From Polyangiales bacterium (lineage in GTDB: Bacteria > Myxococcota_A > Polyangia > Polyangiales > Houyiibacteriaceae): DNA of 64,000 bases. Shown one piece after another: positions 37,911-47,831 of this stretch (position 1 is its first letter; each line of letters starts with the position of its first letter). Both the position numbers and the translations under genes were made by a program. The notes under the pieces were generated by a model that saw only the letters and a list, made by a program, of their open reading frames with translations, was not told the DNA's origin and did not search any database. Location: the NCBI GenBank assembly GCA_045106895.1, contig JBGCFM010000039.1, positions 160,001 to 224,000 on the forward strand. The letters run 5' to 3'.

Positions 37911-37948
37911 CCAACGTCATATCGTTGGACGCAACGCTATATCGGTTC
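37911..37948. promoter_or_regulatory. tandem enhancer-like (UAS) sites for the sigma-54 activator
   Basis: CCAACG-tcatat-CGTTGG perfect palindrome (37911-37928) and a degenerate copy GCAACG-ctatat-CGGTTC 20 bp further on. Confidence 0.6.
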
Positions 37949-37960
37949 TACGCTTGAGAC

Positions 37961-39484
37961 ATGCCACAGGTGATCGACTACGCCGCCGACCTCAAAGCCA
38001 TCGCTTCGATGAGCACTCAGCCGGACGCTTTGTCCCGCACCCTCGGCAACGTGCTTCAGGGATTGGGACAGCTCATTTCTTACGACTTGGCTGTGCTCTA
38101 TCGCCTCGACGACGCACGCCTCAAGCCCGTCGCCAAGGCCGGCGCCCTCGCCTCTGATCTTCCCGCCGACCACCAGCTTGAGCTCCGGGATTTTCCGAGC
38201 ATCCAGCGCGTCCTCGATCATGGCAGGCCCTCCGCGCAAACCGAAGAGCATCACAGCAGCCATGAGGGCGACCCATACGACGGCGTCCTCGACTTTCCCC
38301 ACGGACACTCGTGCATGCTCATTCCGCTACGAACAGCGGACGAAGCCGTGGGCGTGATCACCCTCGACCGACGAGTCTGCCAAACCTACACCGACGCCGA
38401 ACTCGGCCTCGCAGACGTCTACGGGCAGCTCACCTCCACAGCGCTTATGTTCTCGGACCAAGCCGAACTCCTCGGTCGCTACAGGCGCCAACTCGAAGCG
38501 CGAAACGGTATTCACGACGAACACAAGAACGCGCATTTCTGTACCTGGCTCGAACGCAGCCGGAGTCCGTCGATGGTGCACTTCGCGAAGCTTGCGCAAC
38601 AGGTCGCCAAGACCACGCTTCCCATCGTCATTCGCGGCGAGACCGGCAGCGGCAAAGAAGTCGTCGCCCGCGCACTGCATCAATGGTCCGGTCGACAGGC
38701 AGGCCCTTTCGTCTCCGTCAACTGCGCCGCGATTCCAGAGAACCTCGTGGAGAGCGAGCTCTTCGGACACGTCAAAGGCGCCTTCAGCGGCGCACTCAGA
38801 GATCGCCCGGGCCGCTTCGTCGCAGCGAACGGAGGGACCCTCTTCCTGGACGAGATCGGCGATATGCCGCTGATGGCGCAGGCCAAACTCCTCCGTGCCC
38901 TGCAGGAGGGGAGCTTCGAGGCCGTCGGCTCCGACCGGACGACGAGAGTCGATGTTCGCGTCATCGCCGCCAGCCACGTCGACCTCGAGGCGGCCATCGA
39001 GGCCGGACGTTTTCGCGAAGACCTATTCTTCCGCCTCGCCGCCGTTCCGCTCTTTCTGCCGCCTCTACGCGAGCGATGCGAAGACATCTTGGACCTCACT
39101 CGTGGCCGCCTCGAGGAACTCGCGCGACGCGACGGCAAAGACCCTTGGACGCTCGCTCCGTGCGCCGTTGACTTTCTCAAGACCCACAGCTGGCCCGGCA
39201 ACATCCGCGAGCTCCTCTACGCCGTGGAACGAGCCGCGGCCCTCGCGCCAACGTCACGCATTCGCCGAGAACATTTTGGCGAGGCCAAGCACAGCACGGC
39301 CCCAGCGCCGGAGCCTCAAAACGCATCGGAGCTGCTCTCTTTTGCCGAAGCCGAGCGTCGTCACCTCGCCCGGGCCCTCGAGCTGAGCGCCGGCAAAGTC
39401 TACGGCCCGGATGGCGCCGCCTCCATTCTCGGCCTGAGACCGACAACACTGCAGGCGAAGCTAAAGAAGCACGGCCTCAAGTAG
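37961..39484 (+). CDS. NorR-like GAF-AAA+-HTH sigma-54-dependent activator
   Basis: GAF with GDPYDG...HSC...ITLD; GETGSGKE, ESELFGHVKGAFSGA, FLDEIG, FREDLFFRL, WPGNIREL; C-terminal GAASILGLRPTTL. Confidence 0.9.
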   Translation: MPQVIDYAADLKAIASMSTQPDALSRTLGNVLQGLGQLISYDLAVLYRLDDARLKPVAKAGALASDLPADHQLELRDFPSIQRVLDHGRPSAQTEEHHSSHEGDPYDGVLDFPHGHSCMLIPLRTADEAVGVITLDRRVCQTYTDAELGLADVYGQLTSTALMFSDQAELLGRYRRQLEARNGIHDEHKNAHFCTWLERSRSPSMVHFAKLAQQVAKTTLPIVIRGETGSGKEVVARALHQWSGRQAGPFVSVNCAAIPENLVESELFGHVKGAFSGALRDRPGRFVAANGGTLFLDEIGDMPLMAQAKLLRALQEGSFEAVGSDRTTRVDVRVIAASHVDLEAAIEAGRFREDLFFRLAAVPLFLPPLRERCEDILDLTRGRLEELARRDGKDPWTLAPCAVDFLKTHSWPGNIRELLYAVERAAALAPTSRIRREHFGEAKHSTAPAPEPQNASELLSFAEAERRHLARALELSAGKVYGPDGAASILGLRPTTLQAKLKKHGLK

Positions 39485-39512
39485 CATCGGCGGCATCGAG
39501 CGCCTCGCCACT

Positions 39513-39896
39513 CTAAGGGACGTAGAGCAGCTCGAGCTCAAAGCGATAGCCGCCAGTGTCTTCGTAGACGACCAACGACAATGCGAGGTCGCTCCGGCCT
39601 TCACCCTCCGTTCGTAGATCGACGAGCAGGCTCCATCGGTCTTCGTCCCAAAGGCACACGGAGGTGTCCCAGGTCTCCTCGGTCAGCGGACACAAGCGCT
39701 CGCCGTAGTCCGCGACATACTCCCGCATCTGTTTGGTTTGCGCGGGCGTGGGAGAGAGCACGTTGGGGAGCGGCGCTTGAAAACGAAAGTCGTGCTCCAC
39801 CAGCGCATGAACGATCGACTCGAGCGTGGCACGCCAGCGACGAGGAACTGGACCTTCCTCGTCGCGTTTCGATGGTTGGCCGTCTTCCTCAACCAT
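39513..39896 (-). CDS. hypothetical protein (small acidic, possibly immunity-like)
   Basis: DYGE.LCPL...W, W..LVDL.T..EG.SDL.L pattern; C-terminal LYVP. Confidence 0.65.
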   Translation of the reverse strand: MVEEDGQPSKRDEEGPVPRRWRATLESIVHALVEHDFRFQAPLPNVLSPTPAQTKQMREYVADYGERLCPLTEETWDTSVCLWDEDRWSLLVDLRTEGEGRSDLALSLVVYEDTGGYRFELELLYVP

Positions 39897-40044
39897 GAGA
39901 GGGAGCCCGTCTCGCTACGGTTCCGCCACCTTCGCGACGTCGTCGCAGGTTCAAGGGTCCAGGAGAATGAGCCATTCCCGAATATGCTACTCGCGTTCGC
40001 GTATTCGCAAATAGGAATCTCGCTGCATCGTGTCAGCGTATTGC

Positions 40045-41184
40045 ATGCTTCCACCACGACTGATTCTTGTCCTCGGCCTCCCTTGTTTTCTTGGCCTAAT
40101 CGCCTTCGGCTGCGGTGATTCAGGCGGCGAAAGCGACGCAGGCACCGACGCAGCGTCGCTGGACGCCTCCGCTCCCGACGCGGGAACCGACGCCGGACCG
40201 GACGCAGCGGGGGAACGAGACGCGGGAGAGGATGTCGGTCCTCCCGTCGACGCTGGACCCACCATCGACGCGGGGGGTCGCGGGTTCGCGGCTCGCTACC
40301 CCCTCAGCGCGGAATACCCCGAAAGCGGCATCTATGATGAGAGCGCCCACCGCTTCTTCGTCGGAAGTCTCGGCGACGGGATCGTGCGAAGCGTCGACGC
40401 AGAGACCGGCGCCGAAGAGACCTTCTTCGAGGAGAGCGCCGAAGGGCCCTGGTGGACGCTCGGCATGGACATCGACGCCGAGCGGCGCCGCCTTTGGGTC
40501 TGCGCCATGCGAGACCTTCGAGACATCTCCGACCAAGACCCGCCCTACGACGGGTACGTCTGGGTCTTCGACCTCGATACAAACGAACGTGTGGCAAGCC
40601 ATGCTCTGAGTGACGCCATGCCCACCGGCACCTGCACCGACGTTGCCCTGGCTGCCGACGGCAGCGCCTACGTCGTCGACCGTGAACACCCCGTGATTTA
40701 CCACGTGACCTTCGACGGAGGCGCTGAGATCTACGCCCAAGACTCTCTCCTCGACGGAGGCCTCGTCGGGCAAAACGCCCTCGTCGTATTGCCCGACCAG
40801 TCGGGTCTTCTCAGCGCCGTCTACCTTCCTTCCCGCCTCGTCTACATCGCCCTCGACACTCTCGAAGGCGAGGAGCCGGAGGTGCGCGAAGTCGAGATCG
40901 ACGGCAGCTTCGCCGATGCCACGCCGCTCTCCGGTGCCGACGGGATGGTGTATTTCGACGGCGCCGCCTACGTCATCTTTGCGAGTGAGATCGTTCGCGT
41001 TCAGCCCACCCTCGCAACCTGGACACACGCCGTCGCAAGCGAGCTTAGCGTGCCGAACGGCATGACCGACGCCATCGTCACGCCTGGCGGTCTCTACCTA
41101 GTCAACGGGCAGTCCGTCCGCTTCGCTCTTGGAACGACGCCGGATCCCTTCGCCCTCGTTCGCTTCGAGGGAAGCTTCGACTGA
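40045..41184 (+). CDS. SMP-30/gluconolactonase-like beta-propeller lipoprotein
   Basis: AFGC lipobox, DAG linker, YPESG, DVALAADGSAYV, ADGM. Confidence 0.75.
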   Translation: MLPPRLILVLGLPCFLGLIAFGCGDSGGESDAGTDAASLDASAPDAGTDAGPDAAGERDAGEDVGPPVDAGPTIDAGGRGFAARYPLSAEYPESGIYDESAHRFFVGSLGDGIVRSVDAETGAEETFFEESAEGPWWTLGMDIDAERRRLWVCAMRDLRDISDQDPPYDGYVWVFDLDTNERVASHALSDAMPTGTCTDVALAADGSAYVVDREHPVIYHVTFDGGAEIYAQDSLLDGGLVGQNALVVLPDQSGLLSAVYLPSRLVYIALDTLEGEEPEVREVEIDGSFADATPLSGADGMVYFDGAAYVIFASEIVRVQPTLATWTHAVASELSVPNGMTDAIVTPGGLYLVNGQSVRFALGTTPDPFALVRFEGSFD

Positions 41185-41283
41185 GGGCAAAAGCCAGCCC
41201 GTCACACTCGCTCCATGCACCCGGGATCCTCGGCGGCGTCGAATTGGTGAGACGCTTTTCCTCAAAGGCGCCACTCTCTCTTC

Positions 41284-42309
41284 GTGCCCACAGCCAAACG
41301 TCGCCTCCGTAGTCACCCCGCCCTCCTCACCTGCGCTGCTTTCCTTTTCACACTCGGCTCCGGCTGCGGCGACGACAGCGCCCCTCTTCGCGACGCGAGT
41401 CCGGCTGCGGACGGGAGCCCCCTCGACTCAAGCGCGCCAGACTCGGCTCGCCCCGATGCGAGCCAAGTCGAAGCCGGCGCCCGCGATTCGAGCCTAGCCG
41501 ACGCGCCGCTGCCCGACGCCGGCCGCCCCGACGCTCGCCGCGACGCCAGCTCCGACGCCGCTGTCCCCAGCGCCCTGGCTGAGTTTCTCACCCGCGAGAT
41601 GTACGACGCGTTTTTCCTCCACCGCGAAGACCCCGCCTGCGAAGGCGAGCTTTTTGCCTACGACGCGTTCATCGCCGCCGCAGCAACCTTCCCCGCCTTC
41701 TGCGCCGAGGGCAGCCTCGACGAGCGCCGGCGTGAGGCCGCCGCCTTCCTCGCCAACGTCTCCCACGAGACCACCGGCGGTTGGGCCACCGCCCCGGACG
41801 GGCCACACGCGTGGGGGCTCTGCTTCAAAGAAGAGGTCGGCTGTGACGGAGGAGGATGCACCGGCTACTGCGCGCCCTCTGAGATGTGGTCCTGTGCGCC
41901 CGGCCGGACCTATCACGGCCGCGGCCCGATGCAGCTAAGCTGGAACTACAACTACGGACAGGCCGGCGAGGCCCTCGGCTTAGACCTCATCGGCGACCCC
42001 GACCTTGTCACCAACGATGGCGTCGTCGCTTTTCGAACGGCCATCTGGTTTTGGATGACGCCACAGTCGCCGAAGCCCTCGTGCCACGACGTCATGGTCG
42101 GCGGCTGGACCCCAAGCGCGGCGGACCGCAGCGCTAACCGTGAGCCCGGCTTCGGTATGACCGTCAACATCATCAACGGCGGACTCGAGTGCAACCGAGG
42201 CCCCGACTCCCGCGTCGACGACCGCATCGGCTTCTACAGGCGCTACGCCGAACTCATGGACGTGGACCCGGGCACGTCCTTGGACTGCGCGACGATGACA
42301 AGCTACTAA
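41284..42309 (+). CDS. glycoside hydrolase family 19 chitinase (lipoprotein)
   Basis: [51 protein letters not shown]. Confidence 0.95.
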   Translation: MPTAKRRLRSHPALLTCAAFLFTLGSGCGDDSAPLRDASPAADGSPLDSSAPDSARPDASQVEAGARDSSLADAPLPDAGRPDARRDASSDAAVPSALAEFLTREMYDAFFLHREDPACEGELFAYDAFIAAAATFPAFCAEGSLDERRREAAAFLANVSHETTGGWATAPDGPHAWGLCFKEEVGCDGGGCTGYCAPSEMWSCAPGRTYHGRGPMQLSWNYNYGQAGEALGLDLIGDPDLVTNDGVVAFRTAIWFWMTPQSPKPSCHDVMVGGWTPSAADRSANREPGFGMTVNIINGGLECNRGPDSRVDDRIGFYRRYAELMDVDPGTSLDCATMTSY

Positions 42310-42788
42310 CCGCCCGCCTCGCTCTCTGCGTCGGGACCGCCGAAGGAGCGAAACCGCGACGGCTTCACCCCGCAGGCGAGTAGCGCCCGGAGGTACGCCA
42401 TCGAGCGCATGGGCGGACACTTCGTCACCGCCGAAACGAAACGCGCCGGCGGCTGATAGTGATGCGCGTCGATGTAGTGCGCGATGAGCGAAGGAGCCAC
42501 GAAGAGCTCCCCGGTCTCGGAGGGAACGAAGACAATCCGCTCGCCGACGCCAACACGCGATTCGCCAAACGAGACATGCGCGGGGCCGTTTGTGAACTGG
42601 CACAGGTCACACGAGTCAAAACTCGCGAAGACCGCCGGCTGCCAAGGGTCGATCAATAACTCCATGAGCCTGCCAAAGAAAGCCGGCGCCACCGGCCCCG
42701 TTGAGAACACGCTCTGCGGACCGAGCCATCCCATCGCCACGCACGGAAAACCAAACTCCGCCCAAAGAGAACCATCCGCCTGCGTCAT
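42306..42788 (-). CDS. hypothetical protein
   Basis: [24 protein letters not shown] motifs; 4-bp overlap with the upstream gene. Confidence 0.7.
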   Translation of the reverse strand: MTQADGSLWAEFGFPCVAMGWLGPQSVFSTGPVAPAFFGRLMELLIDPWQPAVFASFDSCDLCQFTNGPAHVSFGESRVGVGERIVFVPSETGELFVAPSLIAHYIDAHHYQPPARFVSAVTKCPPMRSMAYLRALLACGVKPSRFRSFGGPDAESEAGG

Positions 42789-43108
42789 CCGCGCCCCCCA
42801 TGCCGCGGCGGAGGTTTCCCATCACGGCGAGCGACTCTCGCCCTCTCCCGTCGACGCTCCTGCTGCTCTACGCCGGAAACCACATTCTCGCGTGTCGCGA
42901 GGACGGCAAGCGTCGCCTCGTAGAGCGCGCGCCAACGCGGGTCCTCCTTGAAGCGGATGAGCGCAGGATCGATCTCCGCCAGGTCGCAGACGTCGCTCAA
43001 CGCCAGGCTCTCCTCGCAGCGAAGGAGCCGCTTGCGAAGTCCCATCAGTCGCTTCGTCGGCCAAGACGTGAGCGCGGTGAGGGGAACAGGCTGAACAACA
43101 CGCGGCAC
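42785..43108 (-). CDS. hypothetical protein
   Basis: 107-aa ORF translationally coupled to 42306-42788. Confidence 0.55.
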   Translation of the reverse strand: MPRVVQPVPLTALTSWPTKRLMGLRKRLLRCEESLALSDVCDLAEIDPALIRFKEDPRWRALYEATLAVLATRENVVSGVEQQERRRERARVARRDGKPPPRHGGRG

Positions 43109-43151
43109 GCGATCAGGCTAGTCAGCTCACTCGCGAACCACAAACGCCCAC

Positions 43152-43184
43152 AAAAACAAAAAGCCCCGGTTTTCACCGGGGCTT
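43152..43184 (-). terminator. rho-independent terminator of the tRNA gene
   Basis: aagccccggt-tttc-accggggctt stem followed by a U-tract on the minus strand. Confidence 0.85.
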
Positions 43185-43186
43185 CT

Positions 43187-43262
<76 letters not shown>

Positions 43263-43895
43263 TTGCGGCTCCGTTTTTGGCTCACTCCTGTGGCCTTGTC
43301 AACGCGGAAGTGCGCGTTTTGTTGAGACTATCCGGCCCTCTGCATTTCCAAGCCACAGCCACGTGATGGACTTGGGACCAATCGCGGCGTGCGACTCGAC
43401 GATCAACGGGCAAAGAACGGCAAAACCACCAAGGTTGGGTCGGCGGGGATACGGTAGTTGAACGGAGCAAGCGACGCTGTTCCCAAAGCTCTTCGCGCGG
43501 TGGGTTAGTCATCCAGTGGCTCAGGCGCGCCTGGTGACGTTTCCAGTCTCGAAGCGGACCTGGAAAGTCGGCGAGGGGAACGGCGCGACGACGGCGTGCA
43601 GCCGGCGCCGAAGGTCTCTCGTCTATGTCGGAGCCGCGCGAGATACGGGCGCTCGCGCTCATGCTGCGCTCACTTTGCGCTCATACGGCGCTCACTCTTC
43701 AGTTTCTCTAGACTCCGCAGGAGCTCCGGACGTTCAATCCCGACTGTTCTCGCATTACAGAATCGCCGAACGCGAAATGCCGTCGACGTGCGCGGATACG
43801 GGGCCCTCGCCGCAGTGAGTATCCGTGCTTCGTGGGTCGCCACAATTCGCGGTCTGCATACGGGCGAGCTTTTTCATCCACGATAAGGACCCACC

Positions 43896-44540
43896 ATGTC
43901 TCATCTGATTCAAACGCTTTCACTCCCTTTGGCGATTGTTCTCGTCTACGCGTGCGGCGGAGAAGAACCCGCGGAGAGTTCCGAGACGCCCGCAGCGGGC
44001 GAGGCCTCGGAGCAGGCGCCTGCAGCCGCCGAGGAACCTGCGCCTGTCGCCGAGGCTGCGCCTGCCGACGACGGCCCATGCCCAAGTGCGACCACACTGA
44101 CACTGGGTGGTATCGACCGCAGCCCGCACCTGGAAGGCGTCGACGCGGTGCTGACGCCTGCGACTAGCTTTGCCGACGTTACGCTCGGTCAAAGCGCCGA
44201 CCTCGTATTTGCGAGCTACACGATCGAAGCGGATCCCCAGTTCGGCATCTCTGCGCCCACCGGCAACCCCGACGCTCCCGAGGGCGGTCTCATCTTTCAG
44301 GTCAGCATCACCGGAGACGGCGATGCCTTGGCGGCGGGTGAATACCGCAGGGAAGACGGCGAGGCCGGCCGCGTCTCGACTCAGTCGATGTACCGAGGCA
44401 GCAACCGTATCGTGCCAATCGGCGACCACCGCGTTCAAATCACGGAGATGACCGACGACCACGTGTGTGGCGAGATCGTGCCGGAAGAAGGCGCGAACTG
44501 GCCAACCGTCACCGGTCGCTTCCGCATCGATGCCGTCTAA
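43896..44540 (+). CDS. hypothetical lipoprotein
   Basis: AAGGA RBS; VYAC lipobox; Ala/Glu/Pro linker; beta-rich domain. Confidence 0.75.
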   Translation: MSHLIQTLSLPLAIVLVYACGGEEPAESSETPAAGEASEQAPAAAEEPAPVAEAAPADDGPCPSATTLTLGGIDRSPHLEGVDAVLTPATSFADVTLGQSADLVFASYTIEADPQFGISAPTGNPDAPEGGLIFQVSITGDGDALAAGEYRREDGEAGRVSTQSMYRGSNRIVPIGDHRVQITEMTDDHVCGEIVPEEGANWPTVTGRFRIDAV

Positions 44541-44712
44541 CGTTGGCACCGAGCCCGACGAAAACACGAGCGATGGCACGCAACGTGGGCCGCGGAACAC
44601 TCGCGCAGGCGAAGCGTCGTCGAGTCGAGGTCACGACACATGGGCAGGTCGCACCACGGCGCGGCAGCGAAGGGGTCTGCCCGACGGACTCACATTTTGA
44701 AAAGGTGATGCG

Positions 44713-46239
44713 ATGAAGTGTAGAGGTTATTTCGCGGGGCTCTTCCCACTCGTGCTCGCGCTGTGCTGCGTTGGCTGCGGCGATGATGCGGGCGTCGATG
44801 ATGGGGGCGGCGACTCGGGCAGTGAGGATGCCCCCGTGGACAGCACGCTGGACAGCGGAGACGACGCGGGTGCAGTGGATGTCGGCACGGATGGCGACGT
44901 GAATTCACGCGATGCCGGCGGAGACCCAGACGCGGCAGGTGCCGGTGATGGATCCGTCGGCGATTCGAGCACGGACGTTCCCGAACCATCCGAGGTGCGC
45001 GTGAACATCACGCTCGGCGGCGATGGCGTGGGTGGGACTAACTCCATGGTGCGCTCAGGCGAGAGCCTTGGCTGTGGAGGTGAAGAGGAGGACGGCCCAG
45101 GAGACTGCACTGCCACGTTGATAACGCCAGCGACGCTCGAAGCGGTTCCGCCACCTTGGTCTGAGTTCGCGGGTTGGGTTGGCGGCCCCTGTGATGGTTC
45201 GCTGGAACTCACGTGCGAGCTGGAAGCCGGGGGCGATTTGGAGATCGAGGCGCGCTTTCAGCGAAAAGCAAACTTGGTGTTTGTGACCGAAGAGCGACGC
45301 GACGCCGGATTCGGTGGCGTTCCCACCGCAGACGAGATCTGTGCGAACGCGGCCGACGCTGCCCGCCTGCCGGGAACGTTCGCAGCGTTTCTCGCCACCG
45401 GCGATGAAGACGATGCGTTCGACGCAATCGATAGCGACGGGGGCTGGGTCGACACGCGTGGCAATACCGTCGCGGAGGGCATTGGTGTGCTGCGTGCTGG
45501 AGAAATGAAGCACCCGATTCGCTTCAGCGAGTTTCGCAACGAGCTCACCCGCGGCATGGTCTGGACAGGTGCGGGGACGGCCAGCGCCCCGATGATGAAC
45601 GAGTGCGAAGACTGGACGAGCGGCGAACGCGATGGCGGCTCGGGGACGGGTGGCAACCTGATGAGCACGGGCCATCAATGGCGTTCCGGAACCTCCACGC
45701 TCTGCAGCAGCGAAGGTCATTTCTATTGTTTTGGAACCGAGCTCGATCGAGTTCCGCCATCTGCGCCAGAGCCGATGTATATCGGCTTTCTTTCCAGCCG
45801 CTATACACCCGCCGTCGACTACACCCCGGACGATGCGTGTGCGGACGATGCGAGTGACGCGGGTCTGGAAGGGACCTACCTGGCCCTAATCGCGACCGAA
45901 GGCGTGAGCGCGGCCTCGAAGTTCCCCATGCGTCGAGAGATTGCTCGTCCTGATGGGACGCTCGTAGGTTCGAGGGTCTACTCCGGCGGCAACCTCGCCT
46001 CCCCGCTCAACCAAACGGCGGATGGGACGTATGTTCTCGATGCCGAATTCGTGCTCACGGGCGCTGACCTGCCCACGACTGCACCCGCAGATGCCGCCAC
46101 CACATGCGACGACTGGACTGATCCGATCAACCGAACGAGTCTCGGCTTCGTTGGAGATGTCAACAGGTGGTTCTTCTCCTTTGAGCAGAGCTGTCAGTTC
46201 CGCTCGAGAACTCGCCTCTACTGCCTGCGTTCAGACTGA
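44713..46239 (+). CDS. lipoprotein with an InlB-B-like repeat and two DUF1554 (endostatin-like) domains
   Basis: VGC lipobox; FAGWVGGPC; VFVT...GG...ADEIC...LPGTFAAFL; VWTG; CEDWTS; RLYCL. Confidence 0.75.
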   Translation: MKCRGYFAGLFPLVLALCCVGCGDDAGVDDGGGDSGSEDAPVDSTLDSGDDAGAVDVGTDGDVNSRDAGGDPDAAGAGDGSVGDSSTDVPEPSEVRVNITLGGDGVGGTNSMVRSGESLGCGGEEEDGPGDCTATLITPATLEAVPPPWSEFAGWVGGPCDGSLELTCELEAGGDLEIEARFQRKANLVFVTEERRDAGFGGVPTADEICANAADAARLPGTFAAFLATGDEDDAFDAIDSDGGWVDTRGNTVAEGIGVLRAGEMKHPIRFSEFRNELTRGMVWTGAGTASAPMMNECEDWTSGERDGGSGTGGNLMSTGHQWRSGTSTLCSSEGHFYCFGTELDRVPPSAPEPMYIGFLSSRYTPAVDYTPDDACADDASDAGLEGTYLALIATEGVSAASKFPMRREIARPDGTLVGSRVYSGGNLASPLNQTADGTYVLDAEFVLTGADLPTTAPADAATTCDDWTDPINRTSLGFVGDVNRWFFSFEQSCQFRSRTRLYCLRSD

Positions 46240-46328
46240 TCAGCTTCTTCCTCGCCATGGATTTTCCTGGTCACACCGCGATCACTTTGTCCACTCAGCC
46301 TCAGCTCCTACGGCGGAGCCAAGAACCG

Positions 46329-46652
46329 CTAGAAGCCAGCGCCCGGGCGTGCCGAACACAATATGCCGAGAACACGTTTCAGCTCACTGAGCGTCGTGCC
46401 GAGGTTTGCGTAGACTTTCGCAGGCTTGTCGAGGGGATACCCTGTGAGGTTGCCGAGCACGGACGTCGCAGCACGCTTCATCTCCGGCCCGTCCTCCTCC
46501 TGCAGCCAGGCTTGGGCGAGGGCTGCCAGTTCCTCCGGCTCAAACCCAAGGAGCGTCGCGACCTCTGGCTCCGGAAAGACAGACCCGCGCCCCACGACCT
46601 CAAGACACAGAGCGATGAGTTCGCGGTCATTTCGTTCGATACCCTGCATCAT
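46329..46652 (-). CDS. hypothetical protein
   Basis: Acidic helical 107-aa ORF, TLLG...NLTGYP. Confidence 0.6.
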   Translation of the reverse strand: MMQGIERNDRELIALCLEVVGRGSVFPEPEVATLLGFEPEELAALAQAWLQEEDGPEMKRAATSVLGNLTGYPLDKPAKVYANLGTTLSELKRVLGILCSARPGAGF

Positions 46653-46705
46653 CCCGACGTTACAACATCAGAGGTATCGCGTGCGCCGCTTTGAGCACGC
46701 CGCTC

Positions 46706-47269
46706 CTACCAGCCGCCGGTCCCAGGCTCGCCCTTGAAGGGACCTGCCAGCTCTGAAGTCACCCAGCCGCCATAGAACCCGCCGGGCTGAGGGCGCGCGC
46801 GTTCTCCGTCGACAAAGCACTCAAGTCGGGACGCGTAGAATGCGATGTGCCCCGCGAGGTCGGCGAAGTCGTCGAAGGGTGACTCGTAGGACCACGCGGC
46901 GCCGCCTTCACGTTTGTCGCCTCCCACCACGTCGAAGTACGTCGCGGCGCCTTTCCATTCGCAGCGGGAGCCCAGGCGCGATAGACGCTCGAGGCAAAGC
47001 ATGTCCACGTCGTCGCGCGGCAGGTAGAAGGTCGGCGCGTGGGAGGTCTCAAGCAAACGCAGAGAGCTGCGGGTATCGGCGACGACATGGTCGTGGAGAA
47101 GGACACGAACGCGGCGGGCATCTGGCACAAGCGCCGGCGGCCTCGGGTAGTCCCACACGGACTCTTGCGCCTCGCTCGGCTGCTCCGCGAAGTCGGGCCG
47201 CTTCGTCCCGCGGTTCGTCCATGAACGGCGCGACGCGGCAGCCCAGGCCGGAATGTCCTTGTTCCCCAT
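46706..47269 (-). CDS. DUF427 family protein
   Basis: ESVWDYPRPP, LETSHAPTFY, CEWKG, AAWSY, GGFYGGWVT...GPFKG. Confidence 0.9.
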   Translation of the reverse strand: MGNKDIPAWAAASRRSWTNRGTKRPDFAEQPSEAQESVWDYPRPPALVPDARRVRVLLHDHVVADTRSSLRLLETSHAPTFYLPRDDVDMLCLERLSRLGSRCEWKGAATYFDVVGGDKREGGAAWSYESPFDDFADLAGHIAFYASRLECFVDGERARPQPGGFYGGWVTSELAGPFKGEPGTGGW

Positions 47270-47305
47270 CACCGGGCTTTGGGGTCAACGTTCGACGGCG
47301 GCAAG

Positions 47306-47728
47306 CTAGACCGCGCCGAGAAGAATCAACAAACCCAAGAGCCCCTGTCCGTCGCGTTCAGAGGCCGATTCCTCACGCTCGATGAGCTTCGACGCGCCGA
47401 CGGAGGCCGCCACCACCCCGGTGAGCACCGCCGTCGCGATGAGGGCACGGCGAACCCGAACTCGGCGGACTTGGCGGCGTCGCTGAACGAGCTCTGGGCT
47501 CGACAGACGTTCGCGCAAGGGCGGGCGCTCGTGATCCACCGCGGCGGCGACGGTGGACGGGGAAAAACGCGACGCTTCCGCGCCGTCGGACGAGTTGGAG
47601 GGTGTTTCCACGGGCATTTCCGCGAGGATCGGAGCTTCCGCCGGAGCGTCCTGCGCGCTGAGAGTACGAGGCGCACAAACGAGCGCGACGGCAGCGAAGA
47701 AGATCAGAAGAGCAAGTGAACGTTTCAT
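47306..47728 (-). CDS. hypothetical exported/membrane protein
   Basis: Signal peptide MKRSLALLIFF...LSAQ; C-terminal hydrophobic segments; divergent from a LysR. Confidence 0.6.
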   Translation of the reverse strand: MKRSLALLIFFAAVALVCAPRTLSAQDAPAEAPILAEMPVETPSNSSDGAEASRFSPSTVAAAVDHERPPLRERLSSPELVQRRRQVRRVRVRRALIATAVLTGVVAASVGASKLIEREESASERDGQGLLGLLILLGAV

Positions 47729-47831
47729 AGGTTTCCCTTTCGCCAAGCACGCTACGAGAAAACCACGAGCTTTCCAGTTACGCCTTTTGAGCACATCAAT
47801 CACTGTCAGTTATCGTGCTACCCTCGACCTC

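Noticed and set aside
37961..39484. Assigning the gene symbol norR
   Set aside because: The GAF motif is NorR-like, but there are no GT-N7-AC sites or NO-reductase target beside it, so orthology is unproven.
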